64,000 bases of DNA from an uncultured Ellagibacter sp. (GCF_934617235.1 NZ_CAKTTZ010000007.1:4983-68982); one strand, 5' to 3'; positions 28,572 to 39,299 are shown, counted from the stretch's first letter. The notes: a model not told the origin generated them from the sequence alone. Made by a program: numbers and translations.

Positions 28572-29156
28572 CTACATAATCTCGATATCCTGAGGCTTCA
28601 AGACAATCGCGTAGAACACGCACGGCTCGCCGCCCGTAGCAATCATGCCGTGGCCGCGTCCAGAGTCGTACATCAGGACATCGCCTGGCCCCAAATCCTC
28701 GATATGGCCCTCGTAGGCGAAGCGCATATGCCCCGACACGATGCAGTCGATTTCCTGACCGCGGTGATACGAAAGGTGTATTGGCTTTTCCTGCTCTTCG
28801 GGAAGATAGGGCATCGTGACCAAGAAGGGCTCAGCGAGCTTGTTCTTGAACTGCGGCGCCTTATGCAGGTACTCGAAACCGGCGCGGCGCTTCACGGACA
28901 GGCCATCGCCCTCGCGGATGAGGGAATACCCAGTCAGATGGGGGTTCTCGCCCGTGAGCAGCTCGACAACATCCACCCCAAGGCGTTTGGCGCATTTGGA
29001 AAGGAAGGTGAAGCTCAAGTCCTGCTCGCCCGATTCCTGGGCTGCGTATTCCGAAAGCGAACGACCCGTTGCCTGGGCCATTTCTTGCATTGAAATGTCG
29101 AGATCCTCGCGCAGGGATCTAATTCGCGAAGCCACCTCTTCGATCTTCGGTTCCAT
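28572..29156 (-). CDS. XRE-family HTH + cupin transcriptional regulator
   Basis: RIRSLREDLDISMQEMA HTH; HRGQE..LGPGDVLMYDSGRGHGM cupin; ATG 29156 with GGGGAG. Confidence 0.88.
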   Translation of the reverse strand: MEPKIEEVASRIRSLREDLDISMQEMAQATGRSLSEYAAQESGEQDLSFTFLSKCAKRLGVDVVELLTGENPHLTGYSLIREGDGLSVKRRAGFEYLHKAPQFKNKLAEPFLVTMPYLPEEQEKPIHLSYHRGQEIDCIVSGHMRFAYEGHIEDLGPGDVLMYDSGRGHGMIATGGEPCVFYAIVLKPQDIEIM

Positions 29157-29259
29157 ATGCGACTCCCCCTTTCTTTTTATCTCGTACAACTATTCGTAAA
29201 CGATATCTAACGCATGGATTGTATCGCAACGTTGCGAAATGGAAGTGCTTTGATATGCA

Positions 29260-29294
29260 AATGGCGGCTAACCAGCACATGGGTAGCCGCCATT
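29260..29294 (-). terminator. Hairpin downstream of rsmB
   Basis: AATGGCGGCTA...TAGCCGCCATT inverted repeat. Confidence 0.55.
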
Positions 29295-29326
29295 ATGGAC
29301 AAATCCTTCACATTAACGGATTAACG

Positions 29327-31567
29327 CTATTCCGCTGCTTTGAGCAGTCGCACGGCGAAATGGGCATCGGGCGAGCCCGGTTTGAGCGCCGGGTTGAAGC
29401 ACGGGGCACCGCCGATCGGGGCGAGCTCGAACGAAGCGCCTTCATCGCTTGCAAGGAACGCTTTCACGACATCGATGTTCTCGGCGCGCGTGATGGTGCA
29501 CGTGGAGAAGACGATGTAGCCGCCCGGGGTGACATGCGAGGAAGCGGACTTCAGAAGCTCCAAGCCGGTCTTGGCGAACTCGTCGATCTTCTCGGGGTTT
29601 AAGCGCCAACGGATTTCCGGATGACGGCGCAGCGTTCCGAGCCCCGAGCAGGGGGCATCGATGAAGACCACATTAAACGCGCGATCCCCGATGACATCGT
29701 TTAGTTCCGTCGCGTCACCGGTAATCGACTCGGAGACGTGAACGCCGTATTCCTCGGCGCGCTCGGAAGTGATGTTCGTTTTGAACTCAAGGTTGTCCAC
29801 CGTTACGTACTCGTCGATCTGCGATCCGAAACGGCGCTGGGCGTCGCTTTGGATGAGGACCGTCTTCGTACCGCGTCCCGCGCCGATTTCGAGCAACGAT
29901 GCGGGCTTCTCTTCAGGAAGCACCAAACGCGCAATCTGCTGGGAAGACGCGTCGGAGACAAGCAGCTGCCCGGTCTGGATCATATGGCGAACGCGCCCGT
30001 CGAAGAGCACGCGTCCCTCGGAGAGGCAGTAGCAACCGGGGATGTCCTCGCCATTGACCGATACGGCAACAGGCTCGCCGTGCGCAGCCTCGATCGTCTC
30101 GACGACCTCGGATTCGTTCGCCTTCGCCGCATTGATCGCGATGAAGAGGGGTGCCGGCTCGTTCGAACCCGCGAGGTAGTCGCGCGTAGCCTCGGGGCCC
30201 AAATCGAGCAGCGCGCGTTTCGCAAGCCACTCGGGGAAGGCATGGAGACGAGCGAACGCCTCGATATCGGTACGCGGATCGCCGAAGGGGAACTTATGCG
30301 CCTTGTCGGCAATGCGGCGCAGCACGGCGTTGGCCAGGCCAGACGCCTTCGGCGCGATCGTCTTCACCAGCTCGACGCCTTGGCTGACCGCAGCGTGAGG
30401 CTCCTTCTTGAGGAAGATGATCTCGTACGTTGAGATGCGCAGCGCGTCGCGTACGTCATCGTTGATGTCGCTTATGCGGTCGAGGCAACGGTTGATGACA
30501 TCGTCAAGCGTGCCATATGAGCTCACCACGCCGAGCGTGAGGCGCGTTGCAAAGGCGCGGTCCTCGCGCGACATGCGGGAGGAGTCGATGTACTTATGGA
30601 TAAGCTCCTGTGCGAACGCGTCACGCTCGCGAACAATGGAAGTCACGCGAAGGGCAGCCTGGCGTGCAGGGGAAGCGCTGCGTTCGCCTTCCTTGTGGAC
30701 GACGCCGCTCGTACGGGGCTTGTCGCCGAAGGAGTGCTTCGCGCCGCGGCGCTCTCTGCCCTTGGGACGATTGCGGTACTTGAGCTCGCCGTCCTCGTCG
30801 AGTTCGAGCTCTCCGCGATAGACGTTAGCCTCCTGCTCGCGACCCTCGGCGAGAGCCGCATTCTGCTCGTTGGGACGCCACGGCCCACGGCGCTCGAAGC
30901 CGCGGCGATCGCCTGCGTCTTTACGGGAGAAGTCGTGATCGTCTGCACGATCTTTCTTGAAGGGTGCGTCACCTTGAGGCGCACGGTCGAAATCGCGATT
31001 GCCAGCGTCGTGCTTCTCGTAAGGTTTGCGCTCGCCGCGCGCGCCATCCCGTTTGTCGAAGGGCTTGCGCTCGCCGTCGCGCTTGTCGTAGGGTTTACGT
31101 TCCCCATCACGCTTAGCGAAAGGCTTGCGACCGTCGCGGTCACCATCACGCTTATCGTAGGGCTTGCGCTCGCCATCGCGCTTGCCGTAGGGTTTGCGGT
31201 CGTTGTCGCGAGACCCATAGGACTTGCGACCAGCATCTCCCTGCTTCGAGAAGGACTTGCCGCCCGAACGATGATCGCCATCGCGCCTGCCATAGGGCTT
31301 GCGGTCGTTTGAGCGCTCGTTGTCAAACGGTTTGCGGGAGCGGTGTTCCCCATCACGGGAAGAGCTGCCACCGCGGGAATCGCGCTTGCCATAGCTGCCC
31401 TTGCGGTCGTTGTCGCGTGATCCGCCGTAAGAGCCTTTGCGGTCTCCTCGTCCCTTCGAGCCATACGAGCCCGAATTCGAACGCCCGCGATGATCGCCCG
31501 AGCCGTTGCGTTGGCCGCCGCGGCCGCCGCGATGTTCTCCGTTATGCTGGTTGTTGCCATCAGGCAT
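29327..31567 (-). CDS. rsmB: 16S rRNA m5C methyltransferase RsmB/Sun (NusB-like domain) with long low-complexity N-terminus
   Basis: NusB-like EDRAFATRLTLG..NAVLRR; GAGRGTKT, DAPCSGLG, FSTCT; follows def-fmt. Confidence 0.85.
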   Translation of the reverse strand: MPDGNNQHNGEHRGGRGGQRNGSGDHRGRSNSGSYGSKGRGDRKGSYGGSRDNDRKGSYGKRDSRGGSSSRDGEHRSRKPFDNERSNDRKPYGRRDGDHRSGGKSFSKQGDAGRKSYGSRDNDRKPYGKRDGERKPYDKRDGDRDGRKPFAKRDGERKPYDKRDGERKPFDKRDGARGERKPYEKHDAGNRDFDRAPQGDAPFKKDRADDHDFSRKDAGDRRGFERRGPWRPNEQNAALAEGREQEANVYRGELELDEDGELKYRNRPKGRERRGAKHSFGDKPRTSGVVHKEGERSASPARQAALRVTSIVRERDAFAQELIHKYIDSSRMSREDRAFATRLTLGVVSSYGTLDDVINRCLDRISDINDDVRDALRISTYEIIFLKKEPHAAVSQGVELVKTIAPKASGLANAVLRRIADKAHKFPFGDPRTDIEAFARLHAFPEWLAKRALLDLGPEATRDYLAGSNEPAPLFIAINAAKANESEVVETIEAAHGEPVAVSVNGEDIPGCYCLSEGRVLFDGRVRHMIQTGQLLVSDASSQQIARLVLPEEKPASLLEIGAGRGTKTVLIQSDAQRRFGSQIDEYVTVDNLEFKTNITSERAEEYGVHVSESITGDATELNDVIGDRAFNVVFIDAPCSGLGTLRRHPEIRWRLNPEKIDEFAKTGLELLKSASSHVTPGGYIVFSTCTITRAENIDVVKAFLASDEGASFELAPIGGAPCFNPALKPGSPDAHFAVRLLKAAE
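31020..31210 (-). repeat. Degenerate ~30-bp in-frame tandem repeats
   Basis: Encode RKPYGKRDGE / RKPYDKRDGD / RKPFAKRDGE / RKPYDKRDGE / RKPFDKRDGA. Confidence 0.85.
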
Positions 31568-32519
31568 GGTAAGCCGTCCATTCTCCATCGTGCCCATGAA
31601 GCGCCGAAGCGCCAGCCGCGAAGGCCTGAGCATCCATTTCTTTCTTTCCGTCCGGTTTTAAGCGGAAGATCTCGAGCGCTCCGTCGGCGCACCCAAGCAA
31701 AAGCCGCTTCGACGCATAGCGCACCCGACCGGCGCCGAGCCCACTTGCAGCCGCTTTTCCGTGTTCGTCATAGTCGGCACGGCACGCGTCGAGGATGGTT
31801 GCGCCCTTGCCGAGCAAAAGGCACTTACTCGGATGGCCCGCACTCGATGCACGCACGCGTCGCGCAAGCAGATCGACACCGAGCGCAGGATTCAAATCGA
31901 GCTCGCCCTTCTCGATCTTGTGAGCATAGATCGCATCGGATTCCTTCTGAACGACCCATCTCTCTTGCCCGCGCACGATCTGCATGATCGCCGTCAAAAG
32001 CGCATGCGACCCCAAGTTTGCGAGCTCGTCGGCAAGCACGGGAAGGGATTTCTCCCCCACATTGAGCGTGCGGCATACGCAGAAGGGGCCGGTGTCGAGG
32101 CCCTCCTCCATCCGCATGATGCACACGCCCGTCTCTTCGTCATCTGCGAGAATGGCGTGCTCGATAGGAGCCGCGCCTCTCCAGCGCGGCAGAAGCGACG
32201 CATGCACGTTCAAACAGTGGTACGTGGGGCATTCAAGCACTTCCGCGGGAAGGATCATTCCATACGCCGCAACGACGATGAAGTCGGGCCGATAACGCTC
32301 GAGCGTGGCGATGACCTCGGGGTCTTTGAAGGTCGTCGGCTGCTCGACGGGAATACCCAGCTGCATGGCGGTTTCTTTAACCGGAGACGCAACGAGCTTC
32401 TTACCGCGACCGCGAACCGCATCGGGGCGCGTGTAAGCCGCGACGACGTTATAGTGTTGGGAGAGATCCTCAAGGATGGTTGCCGCCAGATTCGGCGTAC
32501 CCATGAAGACGATTCGCAT
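31560..32519 (-). CDS. fmt: Methionyl-tRNA formyltransferase
   Basis: MRIVFMGTP, NVHASLLPRWRGAAPI, GLDTG. Confidence 0.96.
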   Translation of the reverse strand: MRIVFMGTPNLAATILEDLSQHYNVVAAYTRPDAVRGRGKKLVASPVKETAMQLGIPVEQPTTFKDPEVIATLERYRPDFIVVAAYGMILPAEVLECPTYHCLNVHASLLPRWRGAAPIEHAILADDEETGVCIMRMEEGLDTGPFCVCRTLNVGEKSLPVLADELANLGSHALLTAIMQIVRGQERWVVQKESDAIYAHKIEKGELDLNPALGVDLLARRVRASSAGHPSKCLLLGKGATILDACRADYDEHGKAAASGLGAGRVRYASKRLLLGCADGALEIFRLKPDGKKEMDAQAFAAGASALHGHDGEWTAYHA

Positions 32520-33053
32520 TCAATCCACCTCGATAGAGGTGTCGCCGGGCTTAGCGCCCTTCTTGCGCGCCTCATCGTATGCCTCGAGAGCGCGGATGCG
32601 CGTTAAGGGGTCGCACGACTCGAAAAGGGTGCGCCCGTTCAGGTGGTCGATCTCATGCTGTAAGCAACGCCCGAGAAGACCGTCGCCCTCGATTTCCCAC
32701 AGCTCTCCGTCGAGGTCGTAATAGCGAACGCGAGCCCAGGGCTTACGCGAAACGGGAACAGTGATGCCAGGGCAGGAAAGGCAGCCTTCGCCTTGAGTTT
32801 CGGGATCGCCTTTAAGCTCCATGATCTCAGGGTTGACCAAAACGATGGGATTTTGCTCCTCCGAATCGTCAACATCGATGACGACCAGGCGCTTTGTCAC
32901 GCCGACTTGGGGAGCTGCAATGCCACAGCCGTTGTTGTTGTACATCGCTCGGGCCATCTGCTTGGCGAGCTTTTTCAGGCTACGATCGCCCGGCGTGCAC
33001 GGCTCGCACACCTGACGAAGAAGCGGGTCGGGGGCAATAACGATACTGACCAC
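32520..33053 (-). CDS. def: Peptide deformylase
   Basis: GCGIAAPQVG, EGCLS, QHEIDHLNG; GTG 33053 after AAGGA. Confidence 0.95.
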   Translation of the reverse strand: MVSIVIAPDPLLRQVCEPCTPGDRSLKKLAKQMARAMYNNNGCGIAAPQVGVTKRLVVIDVDDSEEQNPIVLVNPEIMELKGDPETQGEGCLSCPGITVPVSRKPWARVRYYDLDGELWEIEGDGLLGRCLQHEIDHLNGRTLFESCDPLTRIRALEAYDEARKKGAKPGDTSIEVD

Positions 33054-33226
33054 TGGCAACACGTCCTTTATTCGATTGACACACGGGCGCGCGATAACCG
33101 CGCGCCCGTCTTTTTCGCTTGCGCAATTGTGGCAAGCCCAACCGCCCCTGTCCACCCAAAAAGCCAGGTTGAACGGGAAACGAACACAATTAAGCGGAAT
33201 TGGGCCCACCTTTTGGGAAAAGGCCC

Positions 33227-34189
33227 CTAAGCGTTCGGCGTCTCGCTTTGCTTCGGAGCGTTAGGGTCGTCGGTCACGATTTCCTTGATCGACGCCGCAA
33301 GCCCGGCGATGCCCTGGATATCGGAGGGGATGATAAGCTTCGTGGCTCGACCGTTCGCAACGCACTTCAGCGCCTCGTAAGCCTGGAGGGTCAAAACGGC
33401 GTTGTCGGCGCCCGCCTCGCGCACCATCGCGATGCCTTCTGCGGTTGCGCGCTGAACGTTGCGGATAGCCTCGGCTTCACCTTCTGCTTCGCGGATCTGC
33501 TTTTCCTTTTCAGCTTCTGCAGCAAGGATGATGGCCTGCTTCTCAGCTTCAGCAGAAAGGATCTGCGCCTGCTTCTCGCCTTCAGCAACCGTGATGGCAC
33601 TCTGCTTCTGGCCCTCTGCCAAAAGCACCGCTTCGCGCTTCTCTCGCTCAGCCTTCATCTGCTTCTCCATCGCCTGCTGAATGGCTGCAGGCGGCGTGAT
33701 GTTTTTCACCTCGACGCGGTTGACCTTGATGCCCCAAGCATCCGTCGCCTCGTCGAGAATGGAACGCATCTTCGCATTGATGGTATCGCGAGAAACGAGC
33801 GTCGTGTCGAGGTCGAGCTCGCCGATGATGTTGCGGATCGTGGTCGCCGAGAGATTCTCGATTGCGACGATGGGATTCTCAACGCCGTAGCAAAAGAGCT
33901 TCGGATCGAGAATCTTGAAGAAGACGACCGTGTCGATTGAGATGGTGACGTTGTCCTTCGTGATGACGGGCTGGGGCGGGAAATCGAAAACCTGCTCTTT
34001 CAGGGAGATTCCCATGCGCACACGGTCGATGAAGGGAACCTTGATGTGCAGGCCGTTGTTCCAAGTGGTGAGATACGATCCCAGACGCTCGACGATGGCG
34101 GCTTCAGCCTGCGGAACGATCTTCACGCAGGTGACGGCCAAGACCACCACAATCACAACGAGAACGATGAGGAAGGTGAGCAGTGGCAT
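33227..34189 (-). CDS. SPFH/stomatin-family membrane protein (QmcA-like)
   Basis: N-terminal TM, IVERLG, QPVITKDNV, QMKAEREKR, AEGEAEAI repeats. Confidence 0.93.
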   Translation of the reverse strand: MPLLTFLIVLVVIVVVLAVTCVKIVPQAEAAIVERLGSYLTTWNNGLHIKVPFIDRVRMGISLKEQVFDFPPQPVITKDNVTISIDTVVFFKILDPKLFCYGVENPIVAIENLSATTIRNIIGELDLDTTLVSRDTINAKMRSILDEATDAWGIKVNRVEVKNITPPAAIQQAMEKQMKAEREKREAVLLAEGQKQSAITVAEGEKQAQILSAEAEKQAIILAAEAEKEKQIREAEGEAEAIRNVQRATAEGIAMVREAGADNAVLTLQAYEALKCVANGRATKLIIPSDIQGIAGLAASIKEIVTDDPNAPKQSETPNA

Positions 34190-34215
34190 AGCGATTCCTT
34201 TCGATAGCGGATGAT

Positions 34216-34653
34216 TTACGCTTGCGGTTCACACGGTCGTACGATGAGCTTGATGGATTCTTGGGCAACAACCTCGACGCGTGTGCCCTCGGGAAGAACT
34301 TCGCCTGTTGCCGAGCGCGCCGACCACGTCATATGGTTGGAAAGCTCGATCCTGCCGGTAAGCCCATCGTTGTCGATCACTTCGCACACGACTCCCCTCT
34401 CGCCGAGAAGCGATGGTTCCGCCGAATGGCCGCGATTACGGTATTTCACGAAAACGGGGCGCAGGAGAACAAGGCAGAGCACCGACACCACAAGGAACAA
34501 CACGATCTGCACGACGAAGCTCGCGCCGAGTAGATCGGCGACGAAGGCCACAAGAGCGCCCACGACAAACCACATCGTGATGAGGCCGAACGAAAACGCC
34601 TCGATGACTGCCATGACGCCGGCGACCACGAGCCAGAGAACAACATGCGACAT
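34216..34653 (-). CDS. NfeD-family membrane protein
   Basis: 3 TM segments plus OB-fold (GERGVV..WSARS..GTRVEVV); paired with SPFH gene. Confidence 0.88.
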   Translation of the reverse strand: MSHVVLWLVVAGVMAVIEAFSFGLITMWFVVGALVAFVADLLGASFVVQIVLFLVVSVLCLVLLRPVFVKYRNRGHSAEPSLLGERGVVCEVIDNDGLTGRIELSNHMTWSARSATGEVLPEGTRVEVVAQESIKLIVRPCEPQA

Positions 34654-34746
34654 TGGTGCACCTCCTTATTCACAGACATAGTAAGTATATCAGAGCACCT
34701 ATACTATTCTGCGGGGCACACATAACACTTTACAAGGGTTTGCAAA

Positions 34747-36633
34747 CTACAGACGGCCCTCATGCGCGACGGACTTGTGGGCGCGGCGCTTCTCGAGCAG
34801 CTCCTTTTGCAGTGCCGTCGTCGCTTGGAAGAGAAAGTCGTATTCCTCGGTTCCCGCAAGCGATTCGTTGGCAAGCTGCGCTCGAAGCTCTTCAATCGCG
34901 TCTTCGGCATCGCCTATGGCAAGCTCTTCGGTGAGAAAGCGTGCAACGTCTTCGGGAGATGCCGTCTCGGTAGAGCTTCCCCCCGCGGTGAGCACGCGCC
35001 CCGCACGGGCATCGGCGGCACTTGCGTTCGAGACGATGGCCGCAGCACTTGCCGTCGGGTCGGACGCAAGCGTGTCGAGGATGCTTGTCGCAAGCGTAGC
35101 ATGCAGCGGGTCGTGCCATTGGGTTTGCGCGAGCGCATCGGCGTGCGTCAGCGCGACGAGCGGATACTGCGAGAGAACGCTTAGAAGCTCGCGTTCGAGC
35201 CGCAAACGGTTGAGCTCGGTCTTGGAAATCGCTCGTCGTGTCGGAACCTCGACAGGAACGGGGCCGCGCGCTTCGGAAGTCTCGCCAGCATCGCCGAAGC
35301 GGGCGGGCGGCTCGAGCTTTGCAAGCGCTTCGAGCACATCTTCCTCGCGGGCACGCGTTCGGCCTGCAATCTGGATGGCATAGTCTTTGGCGAGAAGCGA
35401 ATCCTTGATCGGAGCGAGCACCGAAAGCGCCGAGGCAAGCGCTGCCGAGCGGCCCTCGGCGCTCGAGAGGTCATGCGCGGCGAGACGGCGATCGATGCCG
35501 TACTTCAAAAGGGGCTGCGCGTGCTCGATGAGCTCCTCAAGCTCGGCGCCACCGTGAGATCCCATGAACTCTGCGGGGTCAAGGTTGTCGGGCAGCGTGA
35601 CGGCGCACAGTTCGATCCGAGTCTTGCCCGCTTCGGGCGTCATCGAGGAGTCAATGAATTCAAGCGCTCGATCGGCCGCCTTTTGACCTGCGGCGTCACC
35701 GTCGAAAAGATAGACGATCTTCTTCTGCGCATGACGCGCGAGGATGCGGATATGGCGCATAGTAAGCGCCGTGCCGAGCGTGGCGACCGCGTTTCGCACG
35801 CCCCCTTCATGAAGGGCGATCACGTCGGTGTAGCCTTCGCATACGATGGCGACGCCGCTCGAAGCCATGGAGACCTTCGCCTTGTCGAGCCCGTAGAGCA
35901 CCTGCGACTTATGAAACAGCGGCGTTTCCTGAGAATTGAGGTACTTCGGCTCTCCCGTCCCGATGACGCGGCCGCCGAAGGCGATACAGTCGCCCGACAC
36001 ATCGTTTATGGGGAACATGACGCGGTTGTAGAAGCGGTCGCGCAGCTTGCCCTGGGAATCACGGCTGCAGACGTTCGCCTCGACCATTTCGTCGGCCTTA
36101 AAGCCCTTCGAGGAAAGATGGCGGGTAAGCGCACCTCTGCCAGGGGCGAACCCGAGGTTCCAATCGTTTGGAACCTTACCGCCAAGCCCACGCCCTGAGA
36201 GATACTCGCGCGCCGCCGCCGCATCAGGCGAGGTCGAACGCATCAGTTGCAGATGATAGAATTCCGCAGTTGCCTTGCAGATATCCTTCAGGCGGGCCTT
36301 CTTACTTGCGGGCGCTGCAGGTTTCCCACCCACCTCGACGATATCGATATGCGCGCGTTCGGCAAGCCTGTGGACCGCTTCAGGAAAAGAGAGGTCTTCC
36401 GCCTTCATGATGAACGCGAACACATCGCCGCCCTCACCGCAACCGAAGCAGTGCCACAGCTGCAGTGCTGGATCGATCTTGCAAGAAGGCGATTTCTCGT
36501 TGTGAAAGGGACAGCAGCACCAAAAGTCGCGACCGCGCTGTTTCACGGGAACGCGCTCGCTGAACACGGCGACGATGTCGCTCGCATCGCGAACTTTCTG
36601 GATGTCCTCGTCGGTTATGCGGCCGCCAGGCAT
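34747..36633 (-). CDS. dnaG: DNA primase
   Basis: CPFHNEKSPS, HCFGCGEGGD, PKYLNSQET, EGYTDV, FDGDAAG, DPAE. Confidence 0.97.
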   Translation of the reverse strand: MPGGRITDEDIQKVRDASDIVAVFSERVPVKQRGRDFWCCCPFHNEKSPSCKIDPALQLWHCFGCGEGGDVFAFIMKAEDLSFPEAVHRLAERAHIDIVEVGGKPAAPASKKARLKDICKATAEFYHLQLMRSTSPDAAAAREYLSGRGLGGKVPNDWNLGFAPGRGALTRHLSSKGFKADEMVEANVCSRDSQGKLRDRFYNRVMFPINDVSGDCIAFGGRVIGTGEPKYLNSQETPLFHKSQVLYGLDKAKVSMASSGVAIVCEGYTDVIALHEGGVRNAVATLGTALTMRHIRILARHAQKKIVYLFDGDAAGQKAADRALEFIDSSMTPEAGKTRIELCAVTLPDNLDPAEFMGSHGGAELEELIEHAQPLLKYGIDRRLAAHDLSSAEGRSAALASALSVLAPIKDSLLAKDYAIQIAGRTRAREEDVLEALAKLEPPARFGDAGETSEARGPVPVEVPTRRAISKTELNRLRLERELLSVLSQYPLVALTHADALAQTQWHDPLHATLATSILDTLASDPTASAAAIVSNASAADARAGRVLTAGGSSTETASPEDVARFLTEELAIGDAEDAIEELRAQLANESLAGTEEYDFLFQATTALQKELLEKRRAHKSVAHEGRL

Positions 36634-36645
36634 AGGGCGTGCCGC

Positions 36646-37377
36646 CTACTCGTCCGCTTTAGGCGACGACACAGACTCTGATGGGTCCGCCGCTGCCGCC
36701 GATGCGGGTTTGTTGCGCTTTTCGAGACGTTTTGCCTGCTCCCTTACGTGTTCGGGGACTTCCCATTGCTTATCCTGCAAATCGAGCAGAAGCTTCGCAG
36801 CGGTCGTGCGCTGCGAAAGGCGCACGCAGCCGACAGTCTCGTCGGAAAACTCGCGGGCGAAGGTGACGCGCGCCGGGAGAATCGCCGCGCCGACGGATGC
36901 GCCCACAGCTCCAAAGACGGCCGTGAACGCATTCACCTCGGCAGTGGAAACCGACACATAGGCGCGCGTGATAAGAATGAGGACGGAGCAGGCGATGGCG
37001 AGCCCCACCACCACGTAGCAGAATGCGCGGCCAGCGTCGTTTTTACCGCACACGAGAGTCGCGATGACAAGCGATGCGAGAAGCGAAACCACGGTAAGCA
37101 CGTTGCCATAAGAAACGATGGGTCCGAACATGGTCAGAGCAGCGCAGATGAAAGCGATGACGACACACGGGAGGAGCACCTTCTTCGCGATTTCGCCACG
37201 CTCGAACTCCTTTTCCGCAGAAAGGATGCGCGTGCGGACAACCTTGCCGTGAGGCCAGCGAAACGACCCGGCGGGATGCTCACGGCCGATGCCGGAGAGC
37301 TCGTCGACCTTAGACGACAATACTCCGAACAGGCCGATCGCAACAATGACGATCAAGATGATCAAAACCCACGGCAT
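36646..37377 (-). CDS. Hypothetical membrane protein (about 5 TM)
   Basis: ATG 37377 after AAGGGA; several hydrophobic segments; ends just before dnaG. Confidence 0.7.
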   Translation of the reverse strand: MPWVLIILIVIVAIGLFGVLSSKVDELSGIGREHPAGSFRWPHGKVVRTRILSAEKEFERGEIAKKVLLPCVVIAFICAALTMFGPIVSYGNVLTVVSLLASLVIATLVCGKNDAGRAFCYVVVGLAIACSVLILITRAYVSVSTAEVNAFTAVFGAVGASVGAAILPARVTFAREFSDETVGCVRLSQRTTAAKLLLDLQDKQWEVPEHVREQAKRLEKRNKPASAAAADPSESVSSPKADE

Positions 37378-37596
37378 GGACGATTCCCTTCGCGCGATGA
37401 CGATGCTTTTTGCAATGGCCCTTATGGTAGCACGACCGATTGGCGCCCGCCCCGCGAGCTCGGGCAAATGCGCAGTGCGCCTATAACCTTGCCCGAAGAG
37501 CGCAAGCCACTGCTACAATGGCGGCACACGAAGAAGGCGCGACATCGCATGCATCAAAGCCGCGATGTTTCGCTTGCGGCGAGAAGGAAGGCGAGC

Positions 37597-38826
37597 ATGC
37601 CGAAAGAAACCATTCCCTATCTTTCGATTGACGCGGAAATCGAGGCGAGCATTCTTGCCGACCGTGCTGCCGGGCGAGAGAATCCCTATCGGTTTCGCGA
37701 CGAGGACGTGGTGCGACGCGAAGCGAACCCGCATGATGTCGCGACAATTGCACGACCGGCATTCGCCCGCGATATCGAGAAGATCGTGAACGTGCCCGCC
37801 TATAACCGTTACGCGGGAAAGACGCAGGTATTCTCGTTTGTCGAGAACGACGACATCTGCCGCCGCGGCCTGCATGTGCAGCTGGTGAGCCGCGTTGCGA
37901 GGGGCATCGGGCGGCTCCTCGGGCTGAACTGCGATCTGATCGAGTCCATAGCGCTTGGACACGACCTGGGGCACACGCCGTTCGGACATGCGGGAGAGCG
38001 GTTCTTGTCGAGCTGCTACCATGAGCGCACCGGCCGCTACTTCAACCATAACGTCCATTCGGTTCGCGTGCTCGACCAGCTCTATCGCCGCAATGTGAGC
38101 CTGCAGACGCTCGACGGCGTGCTCTGCCACAACGGCGAATTCGCCCAGCAGGAACTCAAGCGCGGGCACGTTACCACCTTCGATGAGCTCGACGCGCTCG
38201 TCGAGGACTGCACGGCCAATGAGAAAGCCATCGCCACACTGCGCCCCTCAACACTCGAGGGTTGCGTCGTGCGCGTAGCGGACATGATCGCCTACGTCGG
38301 CAAAGACCGTCAGGATGCTATGGATATGGGCGCGCTCTCCTCGCTCGATGCATTCGAGTCGACGGTGATGGGCAAGGCGAACGCGCAGATCATCAACAAC
38401 CTTACGGCCGATATCGTGAACGAGAGTTACGGCACGGACCGCATCGCCATGAGCGAGGCCATGTTCGAGGACCTCAAGCGGGCGAAGCGCCAAAACTACG
38501 AGCTCATCTATAACAAGGAAGGCCTTGCCGCAAGTGACGGGATCACCGTCGGGCAGATGTTCGAGGAAGTCTACGAGAAACTGCTCGGCGACCTTATGGC
38601 AGACCGCGAGGAGTCGGCCATATTCAGGCACCATATCGATTATCTCGCGAGGAAATCGCGCTCCATCACGCGCGAGCGCTACGTGGACGCAACGGAGCCG
38701 AACCAGATTGTGGTCGACTACATCGCCTCGATGACGGACAGCTACTTCATGGCGCTCTACGCTCACCTGTTCCCGGAACGCGCGAACCAGGTTCAACTGC
38801 GAGGCTATTGCGCCGATTTGCGCTAA
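37597..38826 (+). CDS. dGTP triphosphohydrolase-like HD protein
   Basis: [54 protein letters not shown] 37597 after GAAGG. Confidence 0.9.
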   Translation: MPKETIPYLSIDAEIEASILADRAAGRENPYRFRDEDVVRREANPHDVATIARPAFARDIEKIVNVPAYNRYAGKTQVFSFVENDDICRRGLHVQLVSRVARGIGRLLGLNCDLIESIALGHDLGHTPFGHAGERFLSSCYHERTGRYFNHNVHSVRVLDQLYRRNVSLQTLDGVLCHNGEFAQQELKRGHVTTFDELDALVEDCTANEKAIATLRPSTLEGCVVRVADMIAYVGKDRQDAMDMGALSSLDAFESTVMGKANAQIINNLTADIVNESYGTDRIAMSEAMFEDLKRAKRQNYELIYNKEGLAASDGITVGQMFEEVYEKLLGDLMADREESAIFRHHIDYLARKSRSITRERYVDATEPNQIVVDYIASMTDSYFMALYAHLFPERANQVQLRGYCADLR

Positions 38827-39299
38827 CCGGGAAAACCGACGTCCTCGAGCAGCCCCTCCCCGTCGGCGGCGGCGGTCGCAAGCGCATCACAGCGCTCGTT
38901 TTCGGGGTGGCCGGCGTGACCCTTTACCCAGATGAAGGTCACATCGTGGGGCTTTTTCGCCTCGAGCAGGCGCTTCCACAAATCAACGTTTTTGACAGGT
39001 TCTTTCTTCGCGTTTTTCCACCCGCGCTTAAGCCAGCCCTCGACCCAATGTTGGTTGAAGGCGTTCACCACGTACTGCGAGTCGGAATGCACCTCGACGG
39101 TGCAGGGGCGTTTGAGCGCCTCAAGTGCCACAATGACGCCGAGCAGCTCCATGCGGTTGTTCGTCGTGGTCGCGTACCCCTGAGAGAGTTCGCGTTCGTG
39201 CAGCTTGCCCGCCGAATCGACGAACTGCAGCACGGCGCCATAGCCGCCAGGGCCGGGATTCCCACGAGATGAGCCGTCGGTGAAGATCGTGACTTTCAT
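38823..39299 (-). CDS. rnhA: Ribonuclease HI
   Basis: [42 protein letters not shown]. Confidence 0.97.
   Translation of the reverse strand: MKVTIFTDGSSRGNPGPGGYGAVLQFVDSAGKLHERELSQGYATTTNNRMELLGVIVALEALKRPCTVEVHSDSQYVVNAFNQHWVEGWLKRGWKNAKKEPVKNVDLWKRLLEAKKPHDVTFIWVKGHAGHPENERCDALATAAADGEGLLEDVGFPG

Noticed and set aside
31020..31210. CRISPR-like repeats
   Set aside because: Degenerate in-frame coding repeats with no spacers and no cas genes
36748..37596. Apparent N-terminal extension of the dGTPase (692-aa ORF)
   Set aside because: Antisense to the membrane protein gene; family motifs and RBS begin at 37597
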